In this document: positions 40,496 to 51,995 of the stretch, in pieces
How the letters are laid out: every line of letters starts with the position of its first letter
How positions within the stretch are numbered: position 1 is the first letter of the stretch
Source: Heptranchias perlo
Taxonomy: Eukaryota
Reading direction: 5' to 3'
Assembly (NCBI RefSeq): GCF_035084215.1
Contig: NC_090332.1
Span: forward strand, 33,480,001-33,544,000
DNA: 64,000 bases
Program-made: the position numbers and the translations under genes
Notes under the pieces: model-generated
Told to the model about the DNA's origin: nothing
Database searches by the model: none
Seen by the model: the letters and a program-made list of their open reading frames with translations, nothing else

Positions 40496-41391
40496 GGCCC
40501 AGATATTTACGGGGAGGGTCTGGGGGAAAACCCAGAAAAGCTGGGGATGCGGAGGTCCTGCCCAATTTAATGGCAGGACTTCATCATAATTTTTTTCTTC
40601 CGATTCCCACCTGACAGCTGGCCAAATTGACAGGCTGGCCGGTTGCAGGGCAGGAAAGCCAGCAGCAAGAGGCTGAAGCTAGGGACCCTTGAGGGAGGTC
40701 CCTGGCAATCGGGATGAGGGAAGGAAGCGAGAGATTGGGGCTTGGGGGGGGGGGGGGGGGGGGCGGGTGATGAGGTTGGCTATCGGGAGGGAAGGGAGTG
40801 AGAGATCAGGGCTGGGGGAGGGGGGTTCAAGAGACGCTATCATGGGAAGGAGCGAGAGATCGGGGCTGGGGGGGGATTCAAGAGACACTATCGTGGGAAG
40901 GAGCGAGAGATCGGGGCTGGGGAGGGTTCAAGAGACGCTATCGTGGGAAGGAGCGAGAGATCGGGGCTGGGGGGGATTCAAGAGACACTATCGTGGGAAG
41001 GAGCGAGAGATCGGGGCTGAAGGTGGAGGGAGGTCTGCGATTGTGGAGGGGCAGGGAAGAGAAAAGCTGCGATCGGCAGAGGGAAGCCAAAGGCTTCCTT
41101 CAGGGGCTGGGGGAAGCACTCCTGTTCCTCTTGGCCCACAAGGAGTGCTGCAAAAGGCACTCAACCTTCTTGGGCAGCTCCCGCCTCCATTTCACCGCCG
41201 GGTTTCCCAAGCCCTGGGAAACATGCATGCAACTGTTAAATTTAAATCAGGCTCCCAATTGCACTGTGCAAGCCTGATTTAAATACGTTAATGAAGTGTC
41301 CCGATTCTCCAAGGCCCGTTTTTAAGTTTTTAACCCATCCCCCTTCCTCCGACCCTCTCCCGCCCATCTTGGGGGGGTTAATATTGAGGCC
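40496..41391 (+). mobile_element. Non-autonomous DNA element (MITE) with GGCC termini
   Basis: TIR-like ggcccagatatttac / gttaatattgaggcc. Same family as 6188-6900. TSD not cleanly matched. Confidence 0.7.
40790..41018 (+). repeat. ~50-bp G-rich minisatellite, about 4.5 units, inside the MITE
   Basis: Unit gggaaggagcgagagatcggggctggggggg(a/g)ttcaagagac(a/g)ctatcgt recurs near 40844, 40895, 40945 and 40995. Confidence 0.9.
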
Positions 41392-42219
41392 AATGTGAAT
41401 CTGGAGTCAGACCACCACTTTGAGGGTCTAGCCAAGAGTAATGTAGAGGGGCCTGTGACGCATCATAGATCTCTCTGGTATCTAATCATAAGATTCTACA
41501 TTTTTAATTTTTCTCGTAGAATTTCTTATGCCACATTACGGTGAATGTGTGACAAACAAAAGGCTTGTTTCATACAGAGTTGTTAGTCCGACGCTGGTAC
41601 AAACCCACCTGGAGAAAACTGTGTGTGGGGGAAAGGAGGGGAGTGGAAGGAGGAAGGGAGTGGAAGGGAGAGGGGAGGAAAGGGAGAGTGTGACAAGTTT
41701 ACACAGGCAGTTTTCATCATAAGTGTGGACACAGGAAATTATAACGGAAAAAGTTGACACAAAAGTGTGACAAAAACATGACAAAGGAATTAAGGTATTG
41801 AAGACAAAAAATGTCATTCTATATAATCATCTCTGTTAGCTATAAGGGTTCTATGTGGAATAAGTTTGGGCAGTCTTAATTGTGTTCTTAGTGGGAATGA
41901 CACACAAGTAAAATTGTCCCTAATTTGGCACTAAATTGATAATCTCTATCAAAGAGGGCACAGGATGACTGGTGGAAGCAGGGGTGCTCTTTCCCAGTTG
42001 AGGCATTTGTTGGAGCAGAGAAGAGGGAGCTTTACTCTGTATATAATTGTGTTATATGAAAGTGCCTGATGGAGAAAAGAAAAACAAAGTATTCCATTCC
42101 CCAACACCATCCGGCGCGGACTCGATGAACCGAATGGCCTCCTTCTGTGCTGTGATCTTTCTATGAGTCTAACACTAACAACCCCACCTGTTTGAACACA
42201 AACATTCACACAAAACAAT

Positions 42220-43622
42220 GGCCCAGAAATTACTGGAAAAATAATTTTGAATTCACGGCACTCACCATTATTAGTGCGTAAAAAACCCAGCAATTTGTGG
42301 CAAGGAAGAGATACGTCATGAATTGCGAATAGCTACAAATTGCTGGTCAATTTGTGCCATTACCCTCGCAAAAAAGGGAGCTCAACATCAACCTCCCTAT
42401 GAGTGTCAAGAAATTGCTGGATTTGCGCCTTAAACATGAATGAATCTTGCTGCAGACATTTAGGGCTGGTATTTCATGTTGTAATGACATGATTTATGGT
42501 CCTGACATGAAACTCAACTCATGAAACTTGAAGGCCCAGAAATGGAACGATAGAAACTGTGGAGTCTCACTCCTGCAGATAGTAAATTGATCCTAGAGTT
42601 TTTTTTAAAATGTTTTCTTACTTTCCTTTGTCTCTTTTTTCGCTCTCTCCTGAATCCAATCTTTCTTTCCATCTCCTTATTTCTCTTTCTGTATCTCATT
42701 TGACTCTAATTTATCATATATCTTTCTCCGTCATTCCTTCCGTTTCCTTCTCTATCCTTTAAGTTCATTGGTTAAGGAGATAGACCATTGGGCCCGACGC
42801 TCGTGATCCCACAGATGCCTCGTTGACCTTGCCACGTGTTATCAATTTGCATATGCAGGTGATCAAGAAGGCCAACGGAATGTTGGCTTTTATTGCTAGG
42901 GGGATAGAATATAAAAACAGGGAGGTATTGCTGCAGTTATATAAGGTATTAGTGAGACCGCACCTGGAATACTGCATACAGTTTTGGTGTCCATACTTAA
43001 GAAAAGACATACTTGCTCTCGAGGCAGTACAAAGAAGGTTCACTCGGTTAATCCTGGGGATGAGGGGTGGACATATGAGGAGAGGTTGAGTAGATTGGGA
43101 CTCTACTCATTGGAGTTCAGAAGAATGAGAGGCGATCTTATTGAAACATATAAGATTGTGAAGGGGCTTGATCGGGTAGATGCAGTAAGGATGTTCCCAA
43201 GGATGGGTGAAACTAGAACGAGGGGGCATAATCTTAGAATAAGGGGCTGCTCTTTCAAAACTGAGATGAGGAGAAACTTCTTCACTCAGAGGGTGGTAGG
43301 TCTGTGGAATTTGCTGCCCCAGGAAGCTGTGGAAGCTACATCATTAAATAAATTTAAAACAGAAATAGACAGTTTCCTAGAAGTAAAGGGGTTACGGGGA
43401 GCGGGCAGGAAATTGGACATGATTTTAGATTTGAGGTTAGGACCAGATCAGCCATGATCTTATTGAATGGCGGAGCAGGCTCGAGGGGCCGATTGGCCTA
43501 CTCCTGCTCCTATTTCTTATGTTCTTATTTCCTGCAATTTGCGGCACAAAAATAATACAATCTGAAGGGTGAGGAAAAAAAATCAAATTCATGAGTTGCG
43601 CCCCCCAAGCAATTTCTGGGCC
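42220..43622. mobile_element. Harbinger-type MITE interrupted by a CR1
   Basis: TIRs ggcccagaaattac / gcaatttctgggcc and AAT TSD on both sides. Confidence 0.8.
42851..43528 (+). mobile_element. 5'-truncated CR1 LINE 3' end, relatively young
   Basis: IKKANGMLAFIARGIEYK...LVRPHLEYCIQFW, LYSLEFRRMRGDLIETYKI, and a tail ctcctatttcttatgttcttat. Confidence 0.92.
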
Positions 43623-43794
43623 AATGTTAACTTCTGAATATTTTGATGCATTTGAGATCTCTGAAATTAATTTTGTCTTTTTTCAAAAACATATGCTTCC
43701 AATAGAAAAATATGATTGTGTATGATACTATTGGTATATACATATATCAAGAAGTTCTCAAAAGTAAGGCATTAATAACCTTTACTAGACATAC

Positions 43795-44178
43795 CTTGAA
43801 CTCCCTGAAGAAGCAGATCGACTCCATTCCTGTAGAAATTGAAGGCACCTTCATAATCCTCTTCTGCCTCCTTTTGCAATGCCAGCTTTATCTGCTCCCC
43901 TGCCTTTGCCAAGTAGTCACCTCTCCCCGTTCTATGTTTCAAACTTCCAATCGGTTGTGACCACAGGCCTTTGCTTCCTTCTGCTCCATCTTTTCTTCTC
44001 TCCTGATGAGGAGAGGTAGCAGATCTTGCAGTGGGTTCAGGGGAGGAACTAAGTCTTGTGTATCTACTTGGGGAGCTTCTATTTGATGCCATTCCATCAT
44101 CACATTCAGTGAGAGAATCCACGTCCACTGTCAGTGACAGCAAGTCACTATCACTGGATAAACCTGGTTGGTCATGTT
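43795..44178 (-). CDS. RPS6KC1: Coding exon of an RPS6KC1/SNX15-family gene (linker plus first half of MIT domain)
   Basis: Translates [37 protein letters not shown]...[44 protein letters not shown], close to RPS6KC1 as recalled ([16 protein letters not shown]...DDGMASN; DYLEKAGELIKLAL...GVDLLLEGVQG). Pyrimidine-rich ccccacag acceptor, G|gtatgt donor, 384 nt, phase 1-1. The symbol could instead be the SNX15 paralog (see findings). Confidence 0.9.
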
Positions 44179-46924
44179 CTGTGGGGCGGAGAGAAGGAGA
44201 GAAAATGAAGGTAAATAGAAAAGTTCCAGTAAACACATTGAAGGAATACAGTACATTATTTTCAAAATATTGGTTGAAATGGGTATTGATTCATGTTAGT
44301 CAAATTCCTTTGCTACTAAAACTGAGATTTAAAGAATCAAAATTCTAGTGTTGATTCCAATTCAAATTCAGTTCACCTGAATACATTTATCAAGAATTGC
44401 TTGGAAGCTTCCAGTCAGTGGAATGATCCACCTCAACAGGAAGAAATACTAGCAGGGTTACTCCTTTCCATTCTCTGGTGATGTCACACACTAAGGGTTA
44501 TTGCCACTCAATGTCAATTTGTGAACAAGTGAGAAACTGTTCCACATGTGACATCGCTTGCAAGTCACAAAGAAAAACTTCAGACACTAGGAATGAAAAG
44601 TACAAAGGTCTTCTAATGCTGAACAGTAAAATAAGTAACCATGGCAAGTCCATGCGTTTTTGCATGCCTTGGTGATTATAACCTAAAGAACATGTGCTAT
44701 CTTTATGAGAAATGAGGTCAGGAAATAGGATTATTTAAATCACAAACTGATTTTTTAAATTCATTATCCGAGACTTATATTGGTATCTACAATTCCTTTT
44801 CTTAAAAAAAAATAAGAGTTCTGCATGTACCACTCCCTGTATGCGGAACATTTATTTCTTGTAACACTTCTAGTCTTGCTACTTCCATCACGTTAAACTT
44901 ACCTATTTATTATAATTTTCTCTGAGTCCTCTCCGCTCCATTTTCATGTGGCTGTTCTCCACAGCACCGCCTCACTGAGGATTCAGAAAATCAGGCCTCT
45001 CATCTAGCACTCCCTCCTGCCACCTCCAGCCACTTCTGCCTTTACTCTTCTGCTGGTTGCCACCTCTTGCCAATCCTGTCCCCAACACAAAAGCCTCCTT
45101 CCATTTGCCAGTCTATGCTGTCAACCCACCCTCACCTGATTGATCACATTCTATTCCGCCTCCCAGTGCAGTAAGCACTTTTTGGTCAATTAAAGCCAGT
45201 TACTGGCCCACACTGATGAATTCAGCAAGAAGCACGACAACATGGGAGAGACTACGGGCCTATTGGGGAGAGGAAAGCAGGTCAGTACCCCAAACATAGC
45301 AAGTGGGGGTGGACAATGCTTACACACTTGGCAATTCCCCACTTCTACCAAACTGGACCATTTGATTCAAACTACAGGAACTTCCTTCCCAGCCTTTCCA
45401 GTCCACACAACCAACCTTTACCCACAGTTCTGCCACACCACTGCAACACCTATTTCTGACAAATCATAGGGCCGTCCATACTCTCAAACCAGAGAACCTC
45501 TTGTAGTCCTAAACTCCACAATGCTGTCAATCCTCAAAAATCTCAGCAAGTACTTCGAAGCGTATTATTCTCTAAAGTCCATTATTAAAAGTTTTGCTTA
45601 CGGCACACGCTTCCCGTCCACAACTTTATTTTCTGTTACCATGACTTTTGGCCACACTTTTGTATCAAAATTTCCCATTCAATTTTGCCAAGTCAACTGT
45701 CAGGGTGTAGTTGCAGGACCTGGCCACTAGGTTGTTCTGTGGAGCAGGCTTCTGCACTCTCCCAACTTAGTTACTTACCATTGTGTATGCTTAAAAAAAA
45801 CCTTATTTTCATCAACTGTCTGTGGGTAATGCCATGGGAAATTTAGTAGTGGAGGTATAACTATAGATAATGTGCATCCATACTAATCCCTCTTTTAAAA
45901 GGTACTTTTTTTTCCACTGGCCTTTTCTTGTCATTCCATGCTCTGCACAATTTCCAGCCAAAAGACCAAGTGGATGACCTCACTCTAGGACTCTTGAACC
46001 AACAAAAGAACAGGCCATCTTAGATTTAGAAATAAGTAATGAGCCTGAATTAGTTAATAATCTAACTGTAAGGGAACGCCTAACTAACAGTGACTATAAT
46101 ATAATTCGATATTAAGTTTGAGAAGGAGAAGGGTGAGTCACAAACCAAGGTTTTAAATTTAGGTAAGGCTGACTATGGAAGAATGAGGCAGGAATTGACC
46201 ACAATAGGCTGGGCAGAACTATTAACAGATAAAACTACGGATGAACAATGGGCGGTGTTCAAAAAGGTATTTGGTACACCTGTATATACCCCTAAAGAGC
46301 AAGAGCTCCACCCTGTGTAATTAAACAACCTTAGTCAAGAAGGGAAGTGAAAGATAGTATAAAACTAAGAAGGCAAAGAACAGTACAGATCCTGCGGACT
46401 GGGAGAGTTATGAAGAACGGCAAAAGGATACAGAGAAAGTGGTGAGAGCTGCAAAAAGGGAATACGAGAAAGAGTTTGTGAGGGATATCAAGAACAACAC
46501 TAAAGGTTTTTACAAATATATTAAGAGGAAGAAAGTGGCTCAGAATAATGTGGGCCCCTTAATGACAGCACAGGTGATATTGTAACTGGAAATCAGGTAA
46601 TAGCAGACTTACTAAATAGCTACTTTGTATCAGTCTTCACAATAGAGGATGAGGATAAAATACCAAAGATACAAGGAAAACTAAAAACAAATCAAGGGGA
46701 GGAACTAACTAGATTCAATATAAGTTTTTTAAAAAATGGTGAGAAACTAATGAGATTAAAGATAGACAAATCTCCAGAACCTGAAGGTTTCCACCCGAGG
46801 GTATTAAAAGAAGTAGGTGAGGTCATTGTTAATGTGTTAGTCATGATCTTCCAAAACTCTCTCAATTCAGGAATTGTTCCCTTGGATTGGAAAATTGCCA
46901 ATATCACTCCACTATTTAAGAAGG

Positions 46925-47155
46925 TAGCCATGATGTGGAGATGCCAGTGATGGACTGGGGTTGACAATTGTAAACAATTTTACAACACCAAGTTATAGTC
47001 CAACAAATTTATTTTAAATTCCACAAGCTTTCGGAGGCTTCCTCCTTCGTCAGGTCCACACCGTTCACCTGACGAAGGAGGAAGCCTCCGAAAGCTTGTG
47101 GAATTTAAAATAAATTTGTTGGACTATAACTTGGTGTTGTAAAATTGTTTACAAT
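46925..47155 (+). mobile_element. Short Penelope-like retroelement insertion with inverted terminal copy
   Basis: 12-bp TSD tatttaagaagg (46913-46924 and 47156-47167). Perfect 90-bp inverted repeat 46966-47055 / 47067-47156. Hammerhead core followed by aaataaa. Confidence 0.8.
47064..47102 (+). ncRNA. Minimal type I hammerhead ribozyme motif
   Basis: Stem I ttcac/gtgga, core CTGACGA, stem II ggagg-aag-cctcc, GAAA, palindromic aagctt stem III with a CUU triplet. Confidence 0.65.
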
Positions 47156-47253
47156 TATTTAAGAAGGGGAAGAGAGATAAACTAAGAAATTATAGGCCTA
47201 TTAGTCTAATGTCAGTTGTGGAGAAGTTACTAGAATCTGTTATTAGGGACAGT

Positions 47254-48528
47254 GGGCTCGATATTAGGAGGGCGGAGGGTTCGCGGTGGGGGGTCTACTG
47301 GGCGCGTGGGTAACGCGCCCAGTGAAATCAGTCTGCCCCGCGCGCGATCGCAGGCTGATTGGTCTTCCGGGTTCCCCGCTGCTGAGCTGCGCGTCGGGCG
47401 AAATGCGTATGCGCAGTAAGGTCTGTCAGCTGGAGGAGCTCTATTTAAAGGGGCAGTCCTCCACTGACTGATGCTGCAAGAAATAGGAAAAAGTACAGCA
47501 TGGAGCAGCCCAGGGGGAAGGCTGCTCCCAGGTTTAATGATGCCTCACTCCAGGTATCATTGGATGGAGTGAGGAGGAGGGGGAGGACAGAGATCATCCC
47601 CCCGGTGGGCAGGAGGAAGCGGCCTGCCTCTGCCACCAAGAAGGCCTGGCTCGATGTGGCACAGGAGGTCACCTGCACCACCAACATATCGCGCACCTGC
47701 ATACAGTGCAGGAGGCGCTGCAATGACCTAAGTAGGTCAGCCAAAGTGAGTACACTTACTCATTCCCCTACACTCCATCTGCCACATCACCGCCCCCACC
47801 CCACACCTCCTTCTGCACTGCCAACACTACTCTGTCACATCACCCCTCACACCCACTCAAAGCTCATCCTCATCTTACCTGCACTGACTCACCTTGCCAG
47901 TACTCATCCCGCCACTACCACTCAACCCAATCCTCATACAATCTCATGGCTCTATCTCATACTCACCCTCTCGTGCATCTCTTTCACAGTCAGCCTCACT
48001 CAACCTGCCACTACCTGTGCTGCAGCCACGGGGCATGCATCACATATGTGCAGTAGGAAGCGTAAGGCAAACGTGTTTTGAGCATGAAGGGGATGCACAA
48101 GGATGTTTGAGGGTTTGTCCTGGTTTTTACTTGTATTAAATTTCTGACCAACTCACAACACATATTATATTGGCACCACTACTGCCACGTCTTTGCAAAT
48201 CTTGTCTGGTTTGTGCAATAATGCCCTTTCCTGAGGATCACAATGAAGACCCACAATTGATGCCACCCTTTGTGTCACTGCAGAGTGGGTGTAGGTGTAT
48301 TTGCAGGGCTCTTTTGTGCAGACGACTGAGAGACGTCGGCGATGTCCCTGGTGGAACCCTGGAAGGATGCGGAGGAGAAGTTGTTGAGGGCAGTGGTGAC
48401 TTTGACAGCGACAGGTAAGAAGATGGTGCTCGGGCCAGCCGGGAGCAGCTTGGCATGAAGGAGGCTGCAGATGTCCACGACTACATGTTGAGTGACTCTG
48501 AGCCTCTGTGTGCACTGCTGCTCAGAGA
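47254..48528 (+). mobile_element. Mini PIF/Harbinger element, copy 5 (type A, right end deleted)
   Basis: Left TIR gggctcgatattag after AGT inside a CR1. Intact Myb ORF. Homology stops abruptly inside the transposase fragment at about 48528. Confidence 0.88.
47500..48081 (+). CDS. Harbinger Myb/SANT-like ORF, 193 aa, uninterrupted
   Basis: TATA-like tatttaaa upstream; MEQPRGKAAPRFNDASL...KKAWLDVAQEV...QCRRRCNDLSRSAK, then read-through of the gtgagt donor to a basic C-terminus RKRKANVF*. Confidence 0.7.
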   Translation: MEQPRGKAAPRFNDASLQVSLDGVRRRGRTEIIPPVGRRKRPASATKKAWLDVAQEVTCTTNISRTCIQCRRRCNDLSRSAKVSTLTHSPTLHLPHHRPHPTPPSALPTLLCHITPHTHSKLILILPALTHLASTHPATTTQPNPHTISWLYLILTLSCISFTVSLTQPATTCAAATGHASHMCSRKRKANVF

Positions 48529-48711
48529 GAAAGATGAAAAGGAGCTCTTATGATGCAAACTTTCATGAGGGTTCACAGAGTGACAAGCCATCTAAATGCA
48601 TGCTATACAGTCCCATGGCAGTCGTTAAATCAAGTTAAATTAATGTTGTGGAGTTTGAGATGAATAACAAATGCATCTGTCTTTAGTTGCATTGGTTGAG
48701 CCATGATACAG

Positions 48712-48910
48712 TAGAACTCCCTGCGCTTCTTCAAATAATGTCATGGGATCTTTTATGTCCCTCTAAATAAGTAGAGAGATTCTCAATTAACATCTCATCT
48801 GAAAGTTGGCATCTCCAACAATGCAGCATTCCTGGAGTGTTAACTCGATTATGTGCTCAAGTCCTGGAATGGGGCTTGAACCCATTATTTTCTGATTCAG
48901 AAGTGAAACT
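48712..48910 (-). mobile_element. DeuSINE/SacSINE-like tRNA-derived SINE
   Basis: Reverse strand has B-box gggttcaagcccc and Deu-domain-like text (ctttcagatgagatgttaa, taaaagatcccatg). Confidence 0.65.
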
Positions 48911-49379
48911 ATGTGAAGATGCCAAGATGAAAAAAGGTCAGCCTGCACCATCATTATGCTACAAACCATGTCTGCAAGCCCTGGCACACATACATGTTAA
49001 TGACAGAGGGCAACTGTCTCCACAAGCTCCAGACCAGTACAGAGCCAGGTGAAGAGCTTCAACATCTGCTGCTGACTGCACCATAGGAATGACACTGCCA
49101 GTGATAGGCAAGATCATTGCACCCTCCAATTTTCTGCTTCTTCCAGACAAGCATGGGATCATTCTCAGTATCAGCCAATGTGCTTCCCACTCATTAATCA
49201 AACAGATGACTGAACCATCAATCAGCATCACCAACACTTTCATCTCTTTCTCACTGATTAGCAATATCAGCATGGCACAGTTTCCCTATGTTACTGTGTT
49301 GTTGCATTTTCCGAAGTAAAGGGGGAGCATGATGGCAATCATATGGCCGTCCCGGCATCAATTTCCTGCTCCACCTTAC

Positions 49380-49535
49380 CGATGCATTGTGGCACACTCA
49401 ATGGTAATTCCTCAAGCTCACTAATTGCATCCCGTGGGTTCTGCACAGCTCTGCTGGCACTTGCAAAAGTTGGTGAAAGAGGGGCAAGGTACAGTAAGGC
49501 GCTGTCTTGTTCTGGGTCACTGGGAGGCTGCTCTT
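49380..49535 (-). CDS. Probable upstream coding exon of the same gene (PX-MIT linker)
   Basis: Open frame EEQPPSDPEQDSALLYLAPLSPTFASASRAVQNPRDAISELEELPLSVPQCI. Strong G|gtaagg phase-1 donor matches the phase-1 acceptor at 44178. A cccag acceptor gives 156 nt; an alternative aag acceptor at 49593 would be phase 0. Confidence 0.6.
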
Positions 49536-50861
49536 CTGGGCTTTCAAATGATATTAAAGAAACTAATGTTGGAATGCTGACTCCAAGAGAACCCTTCAAG
49601 CAGAACTTGCATTAAAAGCTACTGTGCGATAGTTTTGTATGTTTGTAGTTGGAAGTGAAAAGGTGAAAAAGATAATAAAGCAGGATAGTATTAGCTCTGA
49701 GCTTGGGGAAGGCCTGCAGATTCACCTTCTCCTACTCCTTCCATGCTGATAAGCAAGGATTTCCAGGGTAGTCTCCTCCAAGGGAGTCAAGGACTTGTAA
49801 TTTTTAAACCTTCTTCCAGTTCATGCTAGTTCCCTTGTATTATGCGCCATCATGCTTTGCAAACTGAGAAGTCATTGGACATGTTGTAAGTTGAAGGACA
49901 GCACGTACCCAACCAGCAGCCTATCCTATATGTCTATAAGTGACCATGCTTCTAGGTTCTGTTGCAATGATCTTGCATTCAAAGCCCTTTGAAGATATCA
50001 ATATGCCAAGTCTTTCAATTGTAGGTTACAGTTAAAATGTGGGCTCTCCTAGAGTATGGGTATCCATGGCAAACAATAAAAAAGAGCTATAGCATTGTGT
50101 GAGGGTTGGGAATGCATCAGAAATAAACATCAGACAAGTTGAGAGGCAACACTTGTATCAGACATACTTGGGCCATCTAAATGGAAAATGATACTGTTGG
50201 ATATTCTTATCTTGGCAGGTTCCTTAAAGCGTGACATCTTTTTCTACATCAGTTCCTAGGTCCTGTAGGTAGTGTATACAGCACTGACCCTGGCTACCAC
50301 CTACTGCTAGGGATACCACACCACTGTTCTTTAAGGAGGCTGCCCAAACAGGGCCACACTCTTCGTTTGCACCTCATTTTGCCTGCTATCGAACAGGCAC
50401 TGTTCAATCACATACTCAGAGACTCACACAATGAGTCCGGCCTCCACATTCGATTTGTCATCCACTGGTTTTCCCAGCTGCCTCTGTGCTGGGATTGGAT
50501 TTTAAAATCTTTATTTTTTAAAAAAATCGCTGCACTTGCAGCAGGCATAAGGATTCCAGATCCAAAAGTGAATTGTAAATTTGACACCATTTTAAAAAAA
50601 AACTCTACAAGCATTTTCATTCTAAATGTCTACAACACAAACATTACAAAGGAAGGACGTATATAATCCGAGGGCTGGCACTTTGCTCCAAGGGTACATT
50701 CCAAAGGAAACTCCTTTTACTTTACTCCAATGCCACCAGCATCAGAAGCTAAAGTCTTGTATAGTCAATGGAATTGGCAACTGTAAACTACCAACCTCCA
50801 TACAATTGACAGCAGTGGAGACCAGCATTCTGCAGGCCTCCCAATTTTCCGGTGGTTCACG

Positions 50862-51078
50862 TGGATGTTAAAGATCTCATGGCAATATTCGAAGAAAGGA
50901 GGCGTGTTCTCCTGATGTCCTGGCCGACATTGTTTCTCGAACAACTGCTGATTTGTGGGGTCTTCTGTAACTTACCTAACAGTGACTGCACTTCAAAGTA
51001 ATTAATTGCACATGAAGTGCTTTGGGATGTTTCTGAGGACACAATAAGGTACTAAGTAAATGCAAGTTCCTTCTTTTT
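50862..51078 (+). mobile_element. DeuSINE-like SINE 3' part with L2-type tail
   Basis: ggatgttaaagatctcatggca...gactgcacttcaaagtaattaattg...gtgctttgggatg...aaatgcaagttc. Confidence 0.65.
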
Positions 51079-51995
51079 CTCTCCCAAGCAACCTTAAGAG
51101 TCCCAAAATCAGGACCTCCCTAAACTGGTCAGGTTTCTTACTGTCCTTATTTTCTAGGTTACTTTCTCCTTACAATTACTAATAGGTGGTACATATATTG
51201 TCATGAAAATGGCAGTAAGTCACCAATGCCTGGTAACATTCGTAGTGAAGGATTCAAAATTGTGATAAGATTACTACAAGTTATTCGTGAAATAACAGCT
51301 GATTTCTGAGAAATTCCACAATCAACGCAGCCAATATATATTTTTTACATTTTAGATTCTCCATTTTTCCACCAAGTCTGATACAACACTGGTTAGATGC
51401 AAGGTAAAACACCTTCAAACTACCACCACCTCAGAAAAAGCACTCCTTGTGCAACCAATAGGACATCTACATTAACTGAATTCCAATGTCAGAAACATAC
51501 CTTAACAGCAGGCAAGCATTCAGGCACAAGTGCCATTGTCAGCATCGATCTGCATTTGCTGCTAATGGCACTTTACCTCAGAAGGCAGATGTCGAACCCT
51601 GCCCAAGGTGTGCTTCCGTGCTCCCGAAGGTACACATCCTATCAAAAGCAACACTGCAATTTAAAAGTTTGATACATTGTAAAATCGTAAGCATGTTAAG
51701 GGTTGTGGGTTACTGTTAAAATAAATTTTATTCCGTTTAAGAATTTTTTTTTTAAATAAAAAAAATGTAAATTTTATTAAAATCAGTTTAGAACCCTGCA
51801 CGATGTAGTACTGAGCCATACAATCCAGGAACGACCCACATTCCAGCTCTAGTCTGCGCTGAACTAGCCACTCTCAGCCAGAGTGACAGTGGAGACCATC
51901 AAGTTCAGCAGCTCTCTATTAGGGAGAGGGAATAAAAATCAAGGGATCCCACTCCTCCAGTGACTTCTGCTGTAAAGCATGCATGTGGACATCAA

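Larger units (their letters stand above)
45990..47253 (+). mobile_element. CR1 LINE internal fragment (EN-RT linker), related to 2760-8195
   Basis: LEPT...AILDL, KSPEPEGFHPRVLKEV...DWKIANITPLFKK, NYRPISL. Interrupted by the Penelope-like insert and ended by copy 5. Confidence 0.85.

Noticed and set aside
40790-41018. Possible CRISPR-like array
   Set aside because: Units are tandem with no unique spacers, there are no cas genes, and the context is eukaryotic.
40689-41282. 197-aa and 159-aa repetitive ORFs
   Set aside because: Produced by the G-rich 50-bp minisatellite inside a MITE.
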